Shown: positions 39,404 through 52,100 of the stretch, piece by piece
Layout: each line of letters starts with the position of its first letter
Numbering within the stretch: the stretch's first letter is position 1
From: Halocafeteria seosinensis
Lineage: Eukaryota
Direction of reading: 5' to 3'
Length of the DNA: 62,369 bases
NCBI GenBank assembly: GCA_001687465.1
Contig: LVLI01000862.1
Span: 1 to 62,369, forward strand
Translations under genes and position numbers: made by a program
Notes under the pieces: model-generated
What the model was told of the DNA's origin: nothing
The model's input: the letters and a program-made list of their open reading frames with translations, nothing else
The model's database searches: none

Positions 39404-41300
39404 CCTGTAGTCCGAGATGGTGTTCAGCGTTGGCGAACCGCTCCACTTCTTCATCATACATCTCTTGCAGCAGCTCTTTCTTGTTAATACAGTTTTCTAA
39501 TTCTGGGTCCTCCTTAAAAAGACGGCGCTTGACATGTAGGCGAAACTGCTTTTCAAAATCTTCATGCCACTCGCTATTGAAAACTATGTACGTCAAGGCA
39601 TCAAATACGCGATTTACTTGCTGCTTTGTGATACGGAGGGCAGAGCGTACCTCCTCTTGTTTCTCTGTGGTATAGTGAGAAAAATCAAAGTCATAATCCT
39701 GCGGCTTCCTGCTCATATAGGGCTTGTTGGCATAAGCGTTCAGCGGCAATATATCATGAAATAACCCCGAGTTGTACACCAAGATTGTATCATAAGTGCA
39801 TCTCATCTGCAATAAGGAAGGCGTTTTCAAAGCCACAATAGAGAGTGGAGTGCAATAGCAGGCACCGACCTTTTGGAAGCCCTTTGAGGGACTTTCCACG
39901 GTAACGTCGAGAACATCCAGGTCGTCCTTTGCATGTTTGTACACTTGCTCCAGTAGACGGGTACCATGCCCTGTAGAGGTCAACCATAGCGCTTACCTAC
40001 TACCATACCCATTTTCACCACAGTAACGTTTCCATACCCTTGTGTTGTGCAAATGGAAACACCATTGCCTGCGCAATGCGGAGTCGATTCGTCGTTTTCC
40101 CTTGGAAGAACGCAGAAAATCTGTATGCAGTGAAATATCCGAGAATCTGCGCATGCCGTTTAGGCCGAGAGTTTCTTCGTAGGGCGACAAATACGGTCCA
40201 CTTAGGGTCCGAAACGTCAATTTTAGAGGCTCCTGAAACAAGTAATATGAGCGCATGGGGTTAAACTCAAAACGTGAAACAGTAGATAACAATAAGAACA
40301 CATACCGTCGATCATCCACATAGCTATGGTCTCTAGTCTTCGGTGATAGCTCATACACTCTGGCGATTGGGAGATTTGCCATCGCCTGATTTCCTCCTTT
40401 CCGTGTACTGACATTTGCACCCCATGGTTGCGCATAGCAGAAATAATGCCGTCTGTGTCACTCTCCTGGTTCAACACACACTCATACACTTTGTTTACGG
40501 TTAATTCATTCGCTTCACTGCATACTCGGTAGAAGAGCACGTGTGTGTCCGCAGGCACGGCTTTAGCGAGTGACCCAAGAATATCATCGCAAGCGTCATC
40601 ACTCAGCTTATTCTTATAGGAGACCAATACTTTCGCAAACATGTTTGGGTGCTCGTACACAACATTGATCTTTAGTCCTTGAAAACCAACTATGGTATCA
40701 TGGAACATCTGGTGCCAAAACAACGGAGAGAAAGTATCCAGCATCTGGGGCTGAGTATTGGCCCACACAGACCTCACAAACTCAGCTGTATCTGGGAGCT
40801 CCTCAGCGAGCTTTCCTTGCACTGTATGAACAGTAAGCAAATACACCAGATGCACTAATTGCACAAGATCTGTATTTCGACATACCTAAGTGTATTTGAA
40901 TGGCCTCTTTCGCCTCGGTTTGGTAATCAGGGTAAATGCCCTTAATGCGATTTCTCGCTGCTTGTTTGGCGCTATCTCTTCCTTCATTAGAAGTGCCGTC
41001 CTGCTGTTGCTGTTGGATGCTCTTGAGCAGATCTTGCCCTGATTTGCCAATCAGTCTTCCCAGACTGTGCAGCATATTTTGCGTCTCTGCATCCTCTGCA
41101 GCCAAGTCGTTATTCACATCATTCGATTTTGGGTCGGACTCTGCTTTCTGATGCTTCTTGGTGTGTCCATCATTCTTTTGAGCAGTTTGAGTGGTGGACG
41201 CTTCATCGTTGAGCGACGCTCCAGAAGCATTATTGTTACTGCTATCTTGGAGAGGGCGCTTATTCGCTCCTCTCGTCGTTCGGGCACTTTGCTCGGCCAT
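39384..41300 (-). CDS. HAT1: Histone acetyltransferase type B catalytic subunit
   Basis: FSPLFWHQMF..TIVGFQGLKI, YHRRLE....WMIDG, GHGTRLL..VY, DVTVESPS..FQ, LRITKQQ, FRLHVKRRL. Multi-exon. Confidence 0.85.
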
Positions 41301-42274
41301 ACTTAAGTTGGATGGTGTCCTAAATAGTAAACTAGTCTGCTCTCTACTTCAAACCAAATCCATTCATTTGAACTATCCATTCTATCTGTGAAGACACCAT
41401 TTGAATTTCGAGTGCTGGCAACATGTAACATGATGGACACATGCAGCCTACAGGTCTAAAGAATGATAGAGTACGTAGGTGGAAATTGGCTCAGGCAAGG
41501 ATGTATATAGGCTTCTTATGGAGAGACAGTAGTTAAAGTACACGGGGACCCTCCAGGACCAGAGGAACATAGCATTGACTGTGGCTGCCAGTGTGGCAGC
41601 AGCTAAACAGAGCTTAATACACTCAACCTTGACTATTAATACCCAATGGCGATGGTTGTGGTACGCATGTCGTCATGGGAAGCAGAGTACTCCCTTGTTG
41701 TACTGTCGGGTTGTACCACTAGGTTGGTCGCCCGGGCGGCCCAGCTCCAGCTCATGTGCTAGCTTTTCATGCCGTGTACCCGGTATGGTTCGATATTATA
41801 CCCATCACAAGAATCAGTCTCAACAGCGGAGGTGCCGTCTTGAACTTACAAGTGGAGTTACAGAATGATAGGTTTATTCCGGCAGAACAGAAGTCCTACA
41901 GAACATCTAGCTTCTGAAAAAAACTACATCTCCGCAGAGGCTTCCAGAAACGCTAGCCAGCTGCATAACTTCAAGGATCTTGAAGGATGATCATTCTACA
42001 GAACTCAGACAAAATCGTGGTGGATTGGAAAGTAGGAGTAGACCGACTCGATAGCAATTCCTTTACGCACCTAATTTTGGGCTTCCTGGGAATATTACGT
42101 ACTCGAGGACAAGCAATTTTATTCATTGCAAATTGTAGGTAAGCATAAACATATGCTGGCACTCGCTAGTGTTCTCGCAGAACCTGGTGGCGAATGTACA
42201 TTTTGACGCCCTATCCACCGATTCATAGCAATTTGCGATATGTTTGTGCAGAGTAACAATTACCCTAAACGAAA

Positions 42275-42805
42275 ATGCCGAGAATTCCTTTTGTAAAGAA
42301 AGAAGAAGCCACCGGTGAGGTGAAAGAGATCTTCGACGAGATCGAAAAAGGCTTCGGGATGGTGCCGAACATCATGTTAGCCTACGCCAACCATCCTCCC
42401 CTATTGCGAGCGAATTGGGCAAAGATGAAAGCGGTGATGATGGAAGGTAGCCTTCCGAAGAAAGTGAAGGAGGGCATTGCTCTGGGTGTGTCTGTTGACA
42501 ACTCCTGCAAGTACTGTACCGGTCACCACACGCATAACTTGTCCGGATTGGGATTTTCCGAGGAACAGATCAATGCGTTAAAGCAGCAGTTGGACAACGA
42601 TGGGTTTGAGGCCAAGGAACAAACTCTCATTCGGTTCTGCCGCGCTATCAACAAGGATGCAAATCGGATTCCGGACAAGATGGTACAGGAAGTGCGGGAT
42701 GCAGGCTACTCCGATGCCCACATAACAGAAGCTATTGGTGTTGTTGAGCTCTTTGCCGGCTTCAATCGTTTCTTGGACTCTATGCAAGTAGAACTCGAAG
42801 GATAA
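42275..42805 (+). CDS. Carboxymuconolactone decarboxylase / AhpD-like peroxidase-related protein
   Basis: Intronless, 176 aa. GMVPNI, KE.IAL.VS..NSCKYCTGHH (CxxC..HH core), LRDAGYSD-like VRDAGYSDAHITE. Confidence 0.92.
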   Translation: MPRIPFVKKEEATGEVKEIFDEIEKGFGMVPNIMLAYANHPPLLRANWAKMKAVMMEGSLPKKVKEGIALGVSVDNSCKYCTGHHTHNLSGLGFSEEQINALKQQLDNDGFEAKEQTLIRFCRAINKDANRIPDKMVQEVRDAGYSDAHITEAIGVVELFAGFNRFLDSMQVELEG

Positions 42806-43179
42806 CTATCAGAAAAGGCAAATAATACCGACGACAAAAAATCGTCTTGAAAGAACTACCACGTATACAATTTGTACAATGTACCACTACTACACTTTCG
42901 CTACTGTCGTCATCGACATTGCACATGATTCCAGGCAGTATACCAAGCTAACTATTTGATGGCTGCAAGCCTGATTCCATTCACGTCAACCGATTTAACT
43001 CTTACATGTCCAGAGTTCTCAAAGTGTACCACCTCTGACAGTCACACTGTGTCACAGCTCAACCAGACAATCATTTCACGCCCTTTTCGTAGGTAACTTA
43101 CTATGATAAGGGCCATGACATGTACACGGTCGAGGATTCCTATTTATGGAGTCTATACACGCAGCAAGACCTATAGAAA

Positions 43180-43764
43180 ATGCAGCGCGTAGCGCTAATG
43201 CAACAAAGGAGCTTGGCTGCGCTGCAGCGGGCGCACAGCAAGCGAACACTAAAGCGATTACGAGGTCATCCTTCAGGATGGCATCGTCGTGGTTATGAAC
43301 AATCTAAGAAGGTTCCACAACAATCTGAGAGTGTTTTAAAGTGGGAAGCATCGTCTGCGGAAGCAATCAATCAAGTAATGCGCCCCAGTGGATATGTTCC
43401 CCCTCAAGGAGCCTCTCAGGACATCCCCTTCAGAGTAAGTCGCGTAGAACCTCTTTGACGCGGCTAGCCTCTATTTGACCCCCGTAGTGCCCGCGTTGAT
43501 GTCAATGTATTGTTATCGTACTCTGTTTTGCAGGTAGAACGGACAACTAAAGGAAGGCAGCTCCCTGTCTATACTGACTACAGGAACGGGCGAACACGAG
43601 TGATGACCATACTACGGAGATACAAAGGGGATACACACACGTTACGACAAGCAGTGTCGGAAATATGCGATGGGCGACCTGTTATACAAAGGCCTGGCCG
43701 ATTAGAGTTAAAGGGTGATTACTCAAAGCCACTTAAGGACTACTTAGCGAGGCTCGGGTTTTAG
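43180..43764 (+). CDS. MRPL49: Mitochondrial ribosomal protein L49/Img2
   Basis: Intron 43435-43533 gives PFR/VERT...QLPVYTDYRNG.TRVMTILRR.KGD and C-terminal LARLGF. Presequence-like N-terminus. Confidence 0.92.
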
Positions 43765-43783
43765 TGAGAAAATCGATTATTTG

Positions 43784-45835
43784 TCACGAGTGTTGTCTCT
43801 CAGATAACAAGGGCTTCAAGGTGTCCAATAAGCTAATTGTTGCAGATAAATCTACTGCATCGCCGCTAATGTGACTAAAGACCCGAATAATTCCTTTATC
43901 ATAGAAGCAATCCTGTAGGATATGGGTAAGCTTGGAGTCACGAACGCTTGTGACGGGGAGGCCCTGTTGTTTCGCGTGGATACAATTGTGCAATGTGGAA
44001 TATACTTTTCTGACCTCTTTTACTTGCTGCTTATTCGATGACTGGTTCGCCCGATGATAACTAGGCAGCTTTACAATCGATAGACTGTTGCATTTGCGAG
44101 GACCATTCTTTCCACTCTCATAGATAATCCATTTGAGGACGACAGCGAAACCTCGTTGCTTAACATCTTGCTTAGCGATTGCTTGAGTGCACCGCTGTAA
44201 CGATTTGACTGAATCTACCTTATTCGTAATCCTGTACTCCGTCAGCTTGGATGCTTCTTTCACTATTTGGCTTTTCTCAGAGTCATGGAATTCGTTGAAT
44301 ACTACGTCCACAACTTCACGGGCTGAAACGAGCCCGCAAACAAATCGGAGCTCCCTTCCTGTATCCCAGCTATTACCAGTAACAAAGTGTGTAAGAAGGT
44401 TGTGTGCTCTAGCGAAAAGACCCGAGACGTGTTCCGAAGAACTTCGTAGCTTTCGATCTGTCTCCTCGTTTTCCCGAAGTAGAGTCGGTCCAAGCAGAAT
44501 ATGTGACTTTCCAGTGGATGCATGCCCGTGTAGAAACACCGCAGAGTTGATATTGTCCACAGGCAGATGTAAGATCTTACGAATAACGTGAAATACGGAT
44601 TCCACCTGTTCAAACGGTAGGAATATTCTATCAAACTGATAGGTCATTGTGCTACTTGCTGTCGCACCGTTCCCTTCCGTGTCGAGATTTACTTCTAAAA
44701 GACGATTGTAACGAACATTGAGGTGGTTGTCCAAGATTGCACATTTATACGCCAGCTCCTTGCTGACTTTCTCGTATCTTCCCAGCAAAGCGCTTCCGCG
44801 AGTGGACTCCCGAACCTTTTCCTCCAAAAATTGCACAAATGACCTCTGAGGGCTAATCTTCAAATATATCTCCACGGTTCCGAGCTTCGCAACGGGAGAC
44901 GGATCCAACAGTTGGACCGCACTTGTCCACATAGCATACATAATATTGAATGCCGTGGCTACTTCTTCACCCTTCTGATTTCTCCGCTCCTCTTCTTTAT
45001 AAGAATATTCTTGCACTTCTTCTTTCAATAGCTGTATCTGCGCTTCATGCTCTCGCTCTTGTTCAGCAATTAGGTTCTTGTACTTGCACTCGAGATCTAA
45101 CAAATTCTGCTGTGTGTTACGATGACATCGTTCTTCCGTTTCACAAATAGCTTTGCTAACCTCCTCCCTCACAGTTTTCTGTAGTAAACGGTTATGCTCT
45201 TCCTGAGCATTTTCCAGTTTGAAGTCGTACTCGCGTTCCAGCAACGCTGCTCGTTCTTCGTACTGCTTTTCTAGGGATTCTCTTTCCATTATTCGTCGAG
45301 CCTGCTGCGATGACTGTAAGTCCACGTAGCTAGTCTGGTCGTGGGTAGCTTGATTTCGAATGGAGTCAAGCTCATTTTTATGACTACGACGGAGATATTC
45401 AATTTCTCCACACAACGTCTCCTTGGTTCTATGGTGCTGTGCTTTGGCTTCTTGCAGCTGTGTTTCCAACATCTGCACACGGTCGTTGAGCTTCTTATTC
45501 TCTTCTTGAAGGAGTTTACTTAGCTCAATGACACGCCCCATTTGCTCTTGACTTCCACTCGTTCCTCTTGCTCCTACGGTTCTGTATTCATCGAGTTGTC
45601 CATTGGAGGAGCTCGTTTCAAAATACCCAGAATGAGCCCTATGGTCAGATGCGGATGAAGCAGATGGAGTGCCGAATTCTTTGGTCGATGATCCATGAAC
45701 GCGTATCTCTGGCCTACCATCTGTGTAGTTGCCATTGAATGTGGAAAGATCCTCTCTATCAAGCCGCTGTAAGGAGCTGGCAAATTCAGAGACCGCTTTC
45801 TGAACGGGGCTCGTAAATGAGAGAGTTCGAGACAT
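43784..45835 (-). CDS. Kinesin-14-like protein with a degenerate C-terminal motor domain (pseudo-kinesin)
   Basis: Coiled coil followed by motor-homology motifs YQFDRIF, NSAVFLHGHASTGKSH (P-loop), LHNCI, VRDSKLTHILQD, TISLL. Switch I (SSRSH) and switch II (DLAGSE) are absent. Confidence 0.8.
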   Translation of the reverse strand: MSRTLSFTSPVQKAVSEFASSLQRLDREDLSTFNGNYTDGRPEIRVHGSSTKEFGTPSASSASDHRAHSGYFETSSSNGQLDEYRTVGARGTSGSQEQMGRVIELSKLLQEENKKLNDRVQMLETQLQEAKAQHHRTKETLCGEIEYLRRSHKNELDSIRNQATHDQTSYVDLQSSQQARRIMERESLEKQYEERAALLEREYDFKLENAQEEHNRLLQKTVREEVSKAICETEERCHRNTQQNLLDLECKYKNLIAEQEREHEAQIQLLKEEVQEYSYKEEERRNQKGEEVATAFNIMYAMWTSAVQLLDPSPVAKLGTVEIYLKISPQRSFVQFLEEKVRESTRGSALLGRYEKVSKELAYKCAILDNHLNVRYNRLLEVNLDTEGNGATASSTMTYQFDRIFLPFEQVESVFHVIRKILHLPVDNINSAVFLHGHASTGKSHILLGPTLLRENEETDRKLRSSSEHVSGLFARAHNLLTHFVTGNSWDTGRELRFVCGLVSAREVVDVVFNEFHDSEKSQIVKEASKLTEYRITNKVDSVKSLQRCTQAIAKQDVKQRGFAVVLKWIIYESGKNGPRKCNSLSIVKLPSYHRANQSSNKQQVKEVRKVYSTLHNCIHAKQQGLPVTSVRDSKLTHILQDCFYDKGIIRVFSHISGDAVDLSATISLLDTLKPLLSERQHS

Positions 45836-46133
45836 TACAGGCTACAAAATCCAAGAAAGGCTACAACTGAGGAATTCAGATGCCTGTTCCACATCACTAT
45901 AGCTGGAAACAAGGAAACATCGCTTCTGAGCTTGGAGATTGTAGCCCGTTGCAGCACGATCGTTTCTGAGACAGAGCAATCATTTCGTCTACTTGTCTTG
46001 TTCAAATTCGAGGGCCTTACCCTTGATCGTTCGGGAGCTTGTTAACGCTGCCTCCGGAAGGCGACCTTCTTTTGGATCAGAAGAGAGTATACTTGATTCT
46101 CTAGATCTTCTTGTGGGGTCCTCCGTGGTTGCC

Positions 46134-49100
46134 ATGGAAGGCGCAAGCACGGAGGAAGAAGTGGCCCGCCACTTGGCCGAGCAAAAATTGGAATACGAAG
46201 GTAAACTATTCAATCTCTTGCTTCCTATACGGCCTTTTTCTGGTGCATTAGCTTTTCGTACATGTCTACGTAGCCTTACCTGTCATGTGATGCGCTCGCA
46301 GAGAAAATATTCCAGTATAAGCAAGAAATTGAAGGATATAAAAAGAGCATCTCTCGGTATGAGGGAGACATTGAGAACCTGCATTCCCAAATACAAGGTC
46401 TTCAGCAACAGAATAATGACTTGAATTGGAAGGTACGTAATGGATGCTAAATATTCGTCCTTTGCCCTAGTGGAAAGGAATCGGGGATCGTGGCTCCAGG
46501 TTGAGGAACGAGATGAGCAAATCCGGCTCCTGCAAAACTCCACATACGAAGAACGCTTGCAAGATGTCCAAGCCCTGGCTAATGCGCACCAACAGGCAAG
46601 AGAGCAACTGGAAACAGAAAATGCTCAGTTGAAGCGAGAACTCCAGCAACTCAAGGATGAAGAGTCAGAAAGGTGCATAGAAGTCTCTGAGCAACCCGCG
46701 AAACATGAAGAGGCTGCCAGTGAGGGACAACTGAAGGATAAAGAGCCAGAAAGGTGCATAGAAGTCTCTGAGCAACCCACGGAAAATGAAGAGGCTGCCA
46801 GTGAGGGTACGCAGGAAGCGCACAAGGCTCTTGCTGTCGCGGAAGCGTCCAATGAAGCTCTACGTCGCGAGTTGGAAAAGGAGAAGCAGAGCGCCAATGA
46901 GTTACGTAAAGAAGTCGAAAAATTGAAGGAAGACACCAGGTTACACAGCGAAGCCTTCAACTCCCCGATGGGATCAAAATCAAAGACACAGTTGACTCCT
47001 CAGAGTACACCCCAAAGAGCTGCGTTTGCAAGCCCTTACAGCACCCCGCAAGGCAAGGCCGAAGTCAGAGAACGAGCTCGTGCTAAGATAAACCAGTTGA
47101 AACAGATGATGACCGAGTCTAAGGAACAGAATGGGCTCAGGCCGTACGAAAACGGACATCAAGACAATGATGAAATGACCACCGCGGAGAGATTGCTTAA
47201 CTCTTTCAAGGAGGCAATGGAACGAGTAACAAAATGCCGCTCTAACTCTGAACTCGTCAAGGCCCAGGAATCACTGGAAAGTGATCTGAACAATATTGCC
47301 TGGAATGAAGGTCATAAGTGGCCTTCCATTGGCAGCACTTTGCACGCCTTCGAGAGCCTAGCTGAGATGGTATTCCATAAGTCCTTATCACCAGCGCAAG
47401 AGCAGATGGAAACCGCAAGAAGCAGTGAAGGGTCTTCATCCCTTCATAGAGACGATGCACACCATTTGTCTTCTCTACTGTCTGAACAAGCAGAGGAACT
47501 TGAACGTAAGGAACAGGAGTTAAGCCAAGAAAAGAAGAAAGCGATGCAATATGAAGAGCAGCTACGACAGTGTCAAGAGCGGATAGACGCCCTTGAATCT
47601 CATAAAATGGCTAATGAAAGGGTAAACCAAAAGCTAGACGAAGACTTTAAGAATGAGGAGTGTCAGAGTGGTTTTAGGCCCACCTTGTTCTCTAGTGCTC
47701 AGCAAGAAGCGCCTTTACAGTTAGCGGTATCTACGAAACATGCTCATGAGCAAGTCAAACTGGCAAGTACCCAAGTCGATAGACTTAAGAGGTTGCAGAC
47801 GTCGATCGAACGAAGCATGTCAACAGAGTTTGAAGACATAAATGCCTGGTTATCGCAATTGCTTTACAGAATTCGGTCCCACTGTGTATCCAGGGATGAT
47901 TATGATGGACTCTATCAGCAACTGATAACACACCAAGAACGCACACAGGCAAATGATATGTCATCAGACAGTAGCAGGAGAATCGAGGAACTGAGTCGAC
48001 GAGTTGAACAATTGGTACAGCAGAAGCAACAATACAAGCATTCCCTACAAGAAGCACAAAAAGATGCTGCATCAAAGAAGGAACAAATGAAGAAAAAATT
48101 AAGGGATGCGAAAGAGACATTCTCTCAAAAAATAGAAGAACAGCGGGCAATGTTCCAGCAAGAGCTTGAGGAACTGAAGAAAAAGCAAAATGACATTTAC
48201 AAGCGTGGTTTCAATGAGGGAGTCGATTCCTGTAGCGGTGGTCAAGGGAGCAATTTGGAAGTGGACCAGCAAATGCTTCTCAATCAAGCCAAAGAGGAAG
48301 CTTGGCAAGAAGCTGAACAGTGGCTTAGTCAGCGAGAAGAGTCTATCCGTGAAGACTATCAACAGCACCTGAGGGACCTTAGGCTGCGCTGTCATGAACT
48401 GGAGAATCAACTCGACGCTGTGCGAACCTGCCAAGGGGGTGATTCATCGGCCAAGTGGGAAGAGCTATTGGAAGACTATAAGCAGAGAGAAGAACAACGT
48501 GTCCAAGAACTCTTGCATAATATGAAGGAAGAGCAGGAAGAGAACTTAAAGAGCGCGGTGAATCGTGCGAAGCAGGAGACCGAACAACAGTTGCGCGCAG
48601 AACAATCTCGATCCGTAAACGAAGGTGTTAAGAGTGCTGTCGATGACCTTAAAACTAAGTACGAGAAGTCCCTTCAAGATGCTCAGTCTCGAACAAAGGA
48701 GCTCGAAGGCCAACGATGGCAGGAGTGGCATGAGAATGAACTCAAGAAAATGGAACGGAAGCATAAAGAGAAAGAGGAAAAGCTCCATCAGCAGATGCAC
48801 GAGCTTCTATCCCAATTGCCGAAACCGGACGATGAGCGTGCCGGCCCCGACGAACTGGACTTGAGTGAAAATAGCTTTCAAGCTCGCGTTGATAAAGTCG
48901 TCAACAATTTAAAACGGCGTATAAATCAAAAGCATAAAGAGCTGGAGAAAAGGAATTCCGAGTTACGGGTATGTAGGTCGGAACTTGAAAATGAACGTCA
49001 GCGGTGCAGCATGCTAGAAGAGCAAGTGTCTCAATGGCGACGCAATTATGACGACCTTGAAGGTCGGGCTCAAAGATTAGATCACGAGCTGAAGCTGTCG

Positions 49101-52100
49101 CGTGAAAGCGAAAACTCACTCCAAATGCAGCTGCATGATTTCCAGCAGAAACTTGCAACCACTGAAACTACGCTTTCGAATTGTAAAGAAGAGAACCATA
49201 GCAGAGAAGAAGCTCTGAAGCAGGACTGCGACGATTATAAGCATGCCCTACAGCAACTTCGGGCGAGCATGGCGGAGTCAAATTCCCAACCAAGTCAGGA
49301 GTCTGCGAACATTTATGATATTGTTGAAAAGATAAAGGGCTATCTCAAAGTAGATTCAGTTTCTGCAGACCAACAAAACATGCTATTAAGTGACGTTATC
49401 TTACTTGAGAAGCAGTTGAATGGTGTCTTGGAAAGTCACCGGAGTGAAGTCGCTAGTAGGGTTGCCGAAGCAGAGGATGAACTCCGCAGGTCCCAAGAAA
49501 ACAAGATTGCCGAATTGGAGCGTTCCTGGAGAGATTACCTTGATCGTGAACTGGAAAACGAGCGATCCAGAGTCGAGCATGAAATGAAACTGAGAATAGA
49601 GCAGGAGGTCCATGAAGCCGAAACCAGGTCTCGCCAGGAGGCCCTGGATTGGGCAGAGAATCAGCGTCAAACAGCAGTTGAAAAGGCCGTCCAACGGTGT
49701 AAGGAAGAGATGCGGGAAGAAAAGAAAGCTGAAATTGATGCAGCTGTAGCTCAGGCCCGGCAGGAGGAACGCGAATCTAATGAGGCCGACTTAGATATAG
49801 CTGTTTCACAAGCTGTCGAACACGAGCGGAACAAGCATTCCGGAAGGATGCGGGAGGAATACGCTCAGGGCCGGGATGATCTGTACCATAGCCTTCTTGA
49901 TCACAGACGGCTAGGTGTATCAAATGGAGTTGAATCCTTTGTAGTTGATGATAAAATAGCATCGAACTCTTCCCGTGCGCAATTGGTGACAATTCGATTT
50001 TTCCTCACTTGCTACCCTCAATTTTTCCGAACCTCAATTCTGGATGCTTACCTGCAATACTGCAGTGCTCACGGCTTTTCGGTAGAAAAGCACGGAGAGA
50101 TCGAGGATTTACGGTCCTGTCATGATGAAATGGAGGATTCTATTGCCTGGTTATGGGAGGACTTTTTAAACTCTGTTGTTGATAGCTCTGGAGAGCGAGT
50201 CTTGTCCCATATTAACACATTTAAGAGATCATCCTCATGGCTAAGTCCCGCGGCGGAGTTGCTCTTGTCTTACTTCACCGAGGTAGTCAAGGCTAACATT
50301 ACGGGTGAAAACACTCAAAGCGAAGATTCTACACTCCAACAGCTCACTGAAACATGTCAGTCACTTGAAAGTGAAATTACCAAGTTGGAAGAGGGGGCCC
50401 AAAATGCAGAAGTCAGCACTGGAGAGCGTCTCAAGCAGTTATGTTTCGAAAGAGACTTTGATCATAATGCAGAAAAAACAAAGCACGATCGGATAGAAGA
50501 CTTGGCTGATGAAATAGTATTTCATTTCAAGAACCTGCATGAAGGTCAGATCGAGCAAGCACTTTCGGAAAAGTCAGAAGAACTTCGACGGTTGTATGAG
50601 CAATACCAAGGTTTGGAGGATGAAGTTGAGGAATACCGGGAGTCAATACAAAAATGTGAAACGCAAATAGAGACTATAGAAAACGAGCGAGAGCGTCTTG
50701 AGGCCAGCTCGACTGAGAAAGACGAGCGTATTCGCTCTCTAACGGAGGAGTTAGAATCCACAAGAGCTTCACTTGGTACAGAAAAGGAACATCTGCGTGG
50801 CGAGTTGCAGCGAAAATCGGAAGAAATTGAAAAAGTTAAAACAGAAATGTCGCAGAAGATATCTGAAATGGAGGATGAGAAACAGAATGCTATCAGCGAG
50901 AAGGTAGCTGAAGAAAGATCACACGAAACTGAAGCAATACGGACAGCATGTACGGAATTAGAAAGTAGGCTGGAAAACGCACACCATCGGGAACTGGAAC
51001 GGCTGCAAAATGATCATGCTCGTCAAGTGGAGGACCTCAAAGGCCAATTGGATGAGGAAAGGGAGAAAGTAAAAGAGCTTGAACAGAAGTTAGCAACTGA
51101 AATAAACCAGATATATCGAGAGTGCCAGACTAGGGTTGAGACTCTGCAAGAGCAGCTGACCTCCGAGAATGAAGAAAAGAACGAAATAGAGGAAGCATTA
51201 AAGAAGGAGCGGGAAGCTGTTGCTTCCCTAAGAGAGGAACGAAACGACCTCGAAAAGAAATACTCGTCGATGTACGCGCTTTACTGGAACCATGGAATTA
51301 GAGATGCTGGTGGGGAAGATGCAACAAACGTCCGTAATAACCGCCGTCGCAAGTCCATAGAAGCTCCAGGTACACAATTACACAACAAGAGTGAATTAGT
51401 CGCAAGCAGGGATAAGGAGGGGGGTGGATCTGGCAGAAGGCACTCTGTGGGAGCTGTGGATAGTGTATCTCCAGACATTGGCGATTCCTCTATATATTTG
51501 CATAAAATTCGCCGCCTTACTCGACAGTTAATGGAACAGGAAGCTCAAATCTTCCTCTTGAGAAGCATGATTGATCCCGAAAACACAAGTACCAGATATA
51601 CAGAAAGCACTGCGCGTGGCCAGTCTCAAAATCTGACACTAGAGAGCTTTACTGGTGATGTTCACATGCATCCAGAGCACGCAGACTCATCCCCCTACCC
51701 CCAGTTCTCGGATCAAGAGCATTATATTTCAACTTACGCCACGGCACATGCGAGGAGTTCTGAGTTTGAAATGAGCAACACGAAAGATACTAACGAAGTA
51801 TTTGTCAGGGATCCACGGACCAATGATACGTCTCTTCCCGATGAACACATGCCCTCAAACTCAGAAGACATCCGTGGATATCGATTGGGGCTTGAAGGTA
51901 CCGAAAACACACAAGGGCATTCTGTTACAGCAATGGCGTCCTCAAACAATGCTGTGTCAACATCTGGTGAGGACAACACTGTCAATGAATTTCATGCTCA
52001 ACAGTTTGATGGGGAAACAGTCGATGCACAAAGCGCATCTGCCTCAGGATTTTTCGATCACCATTATCGACATATTGAATGCGAAGTCGCTAGGGAACAA

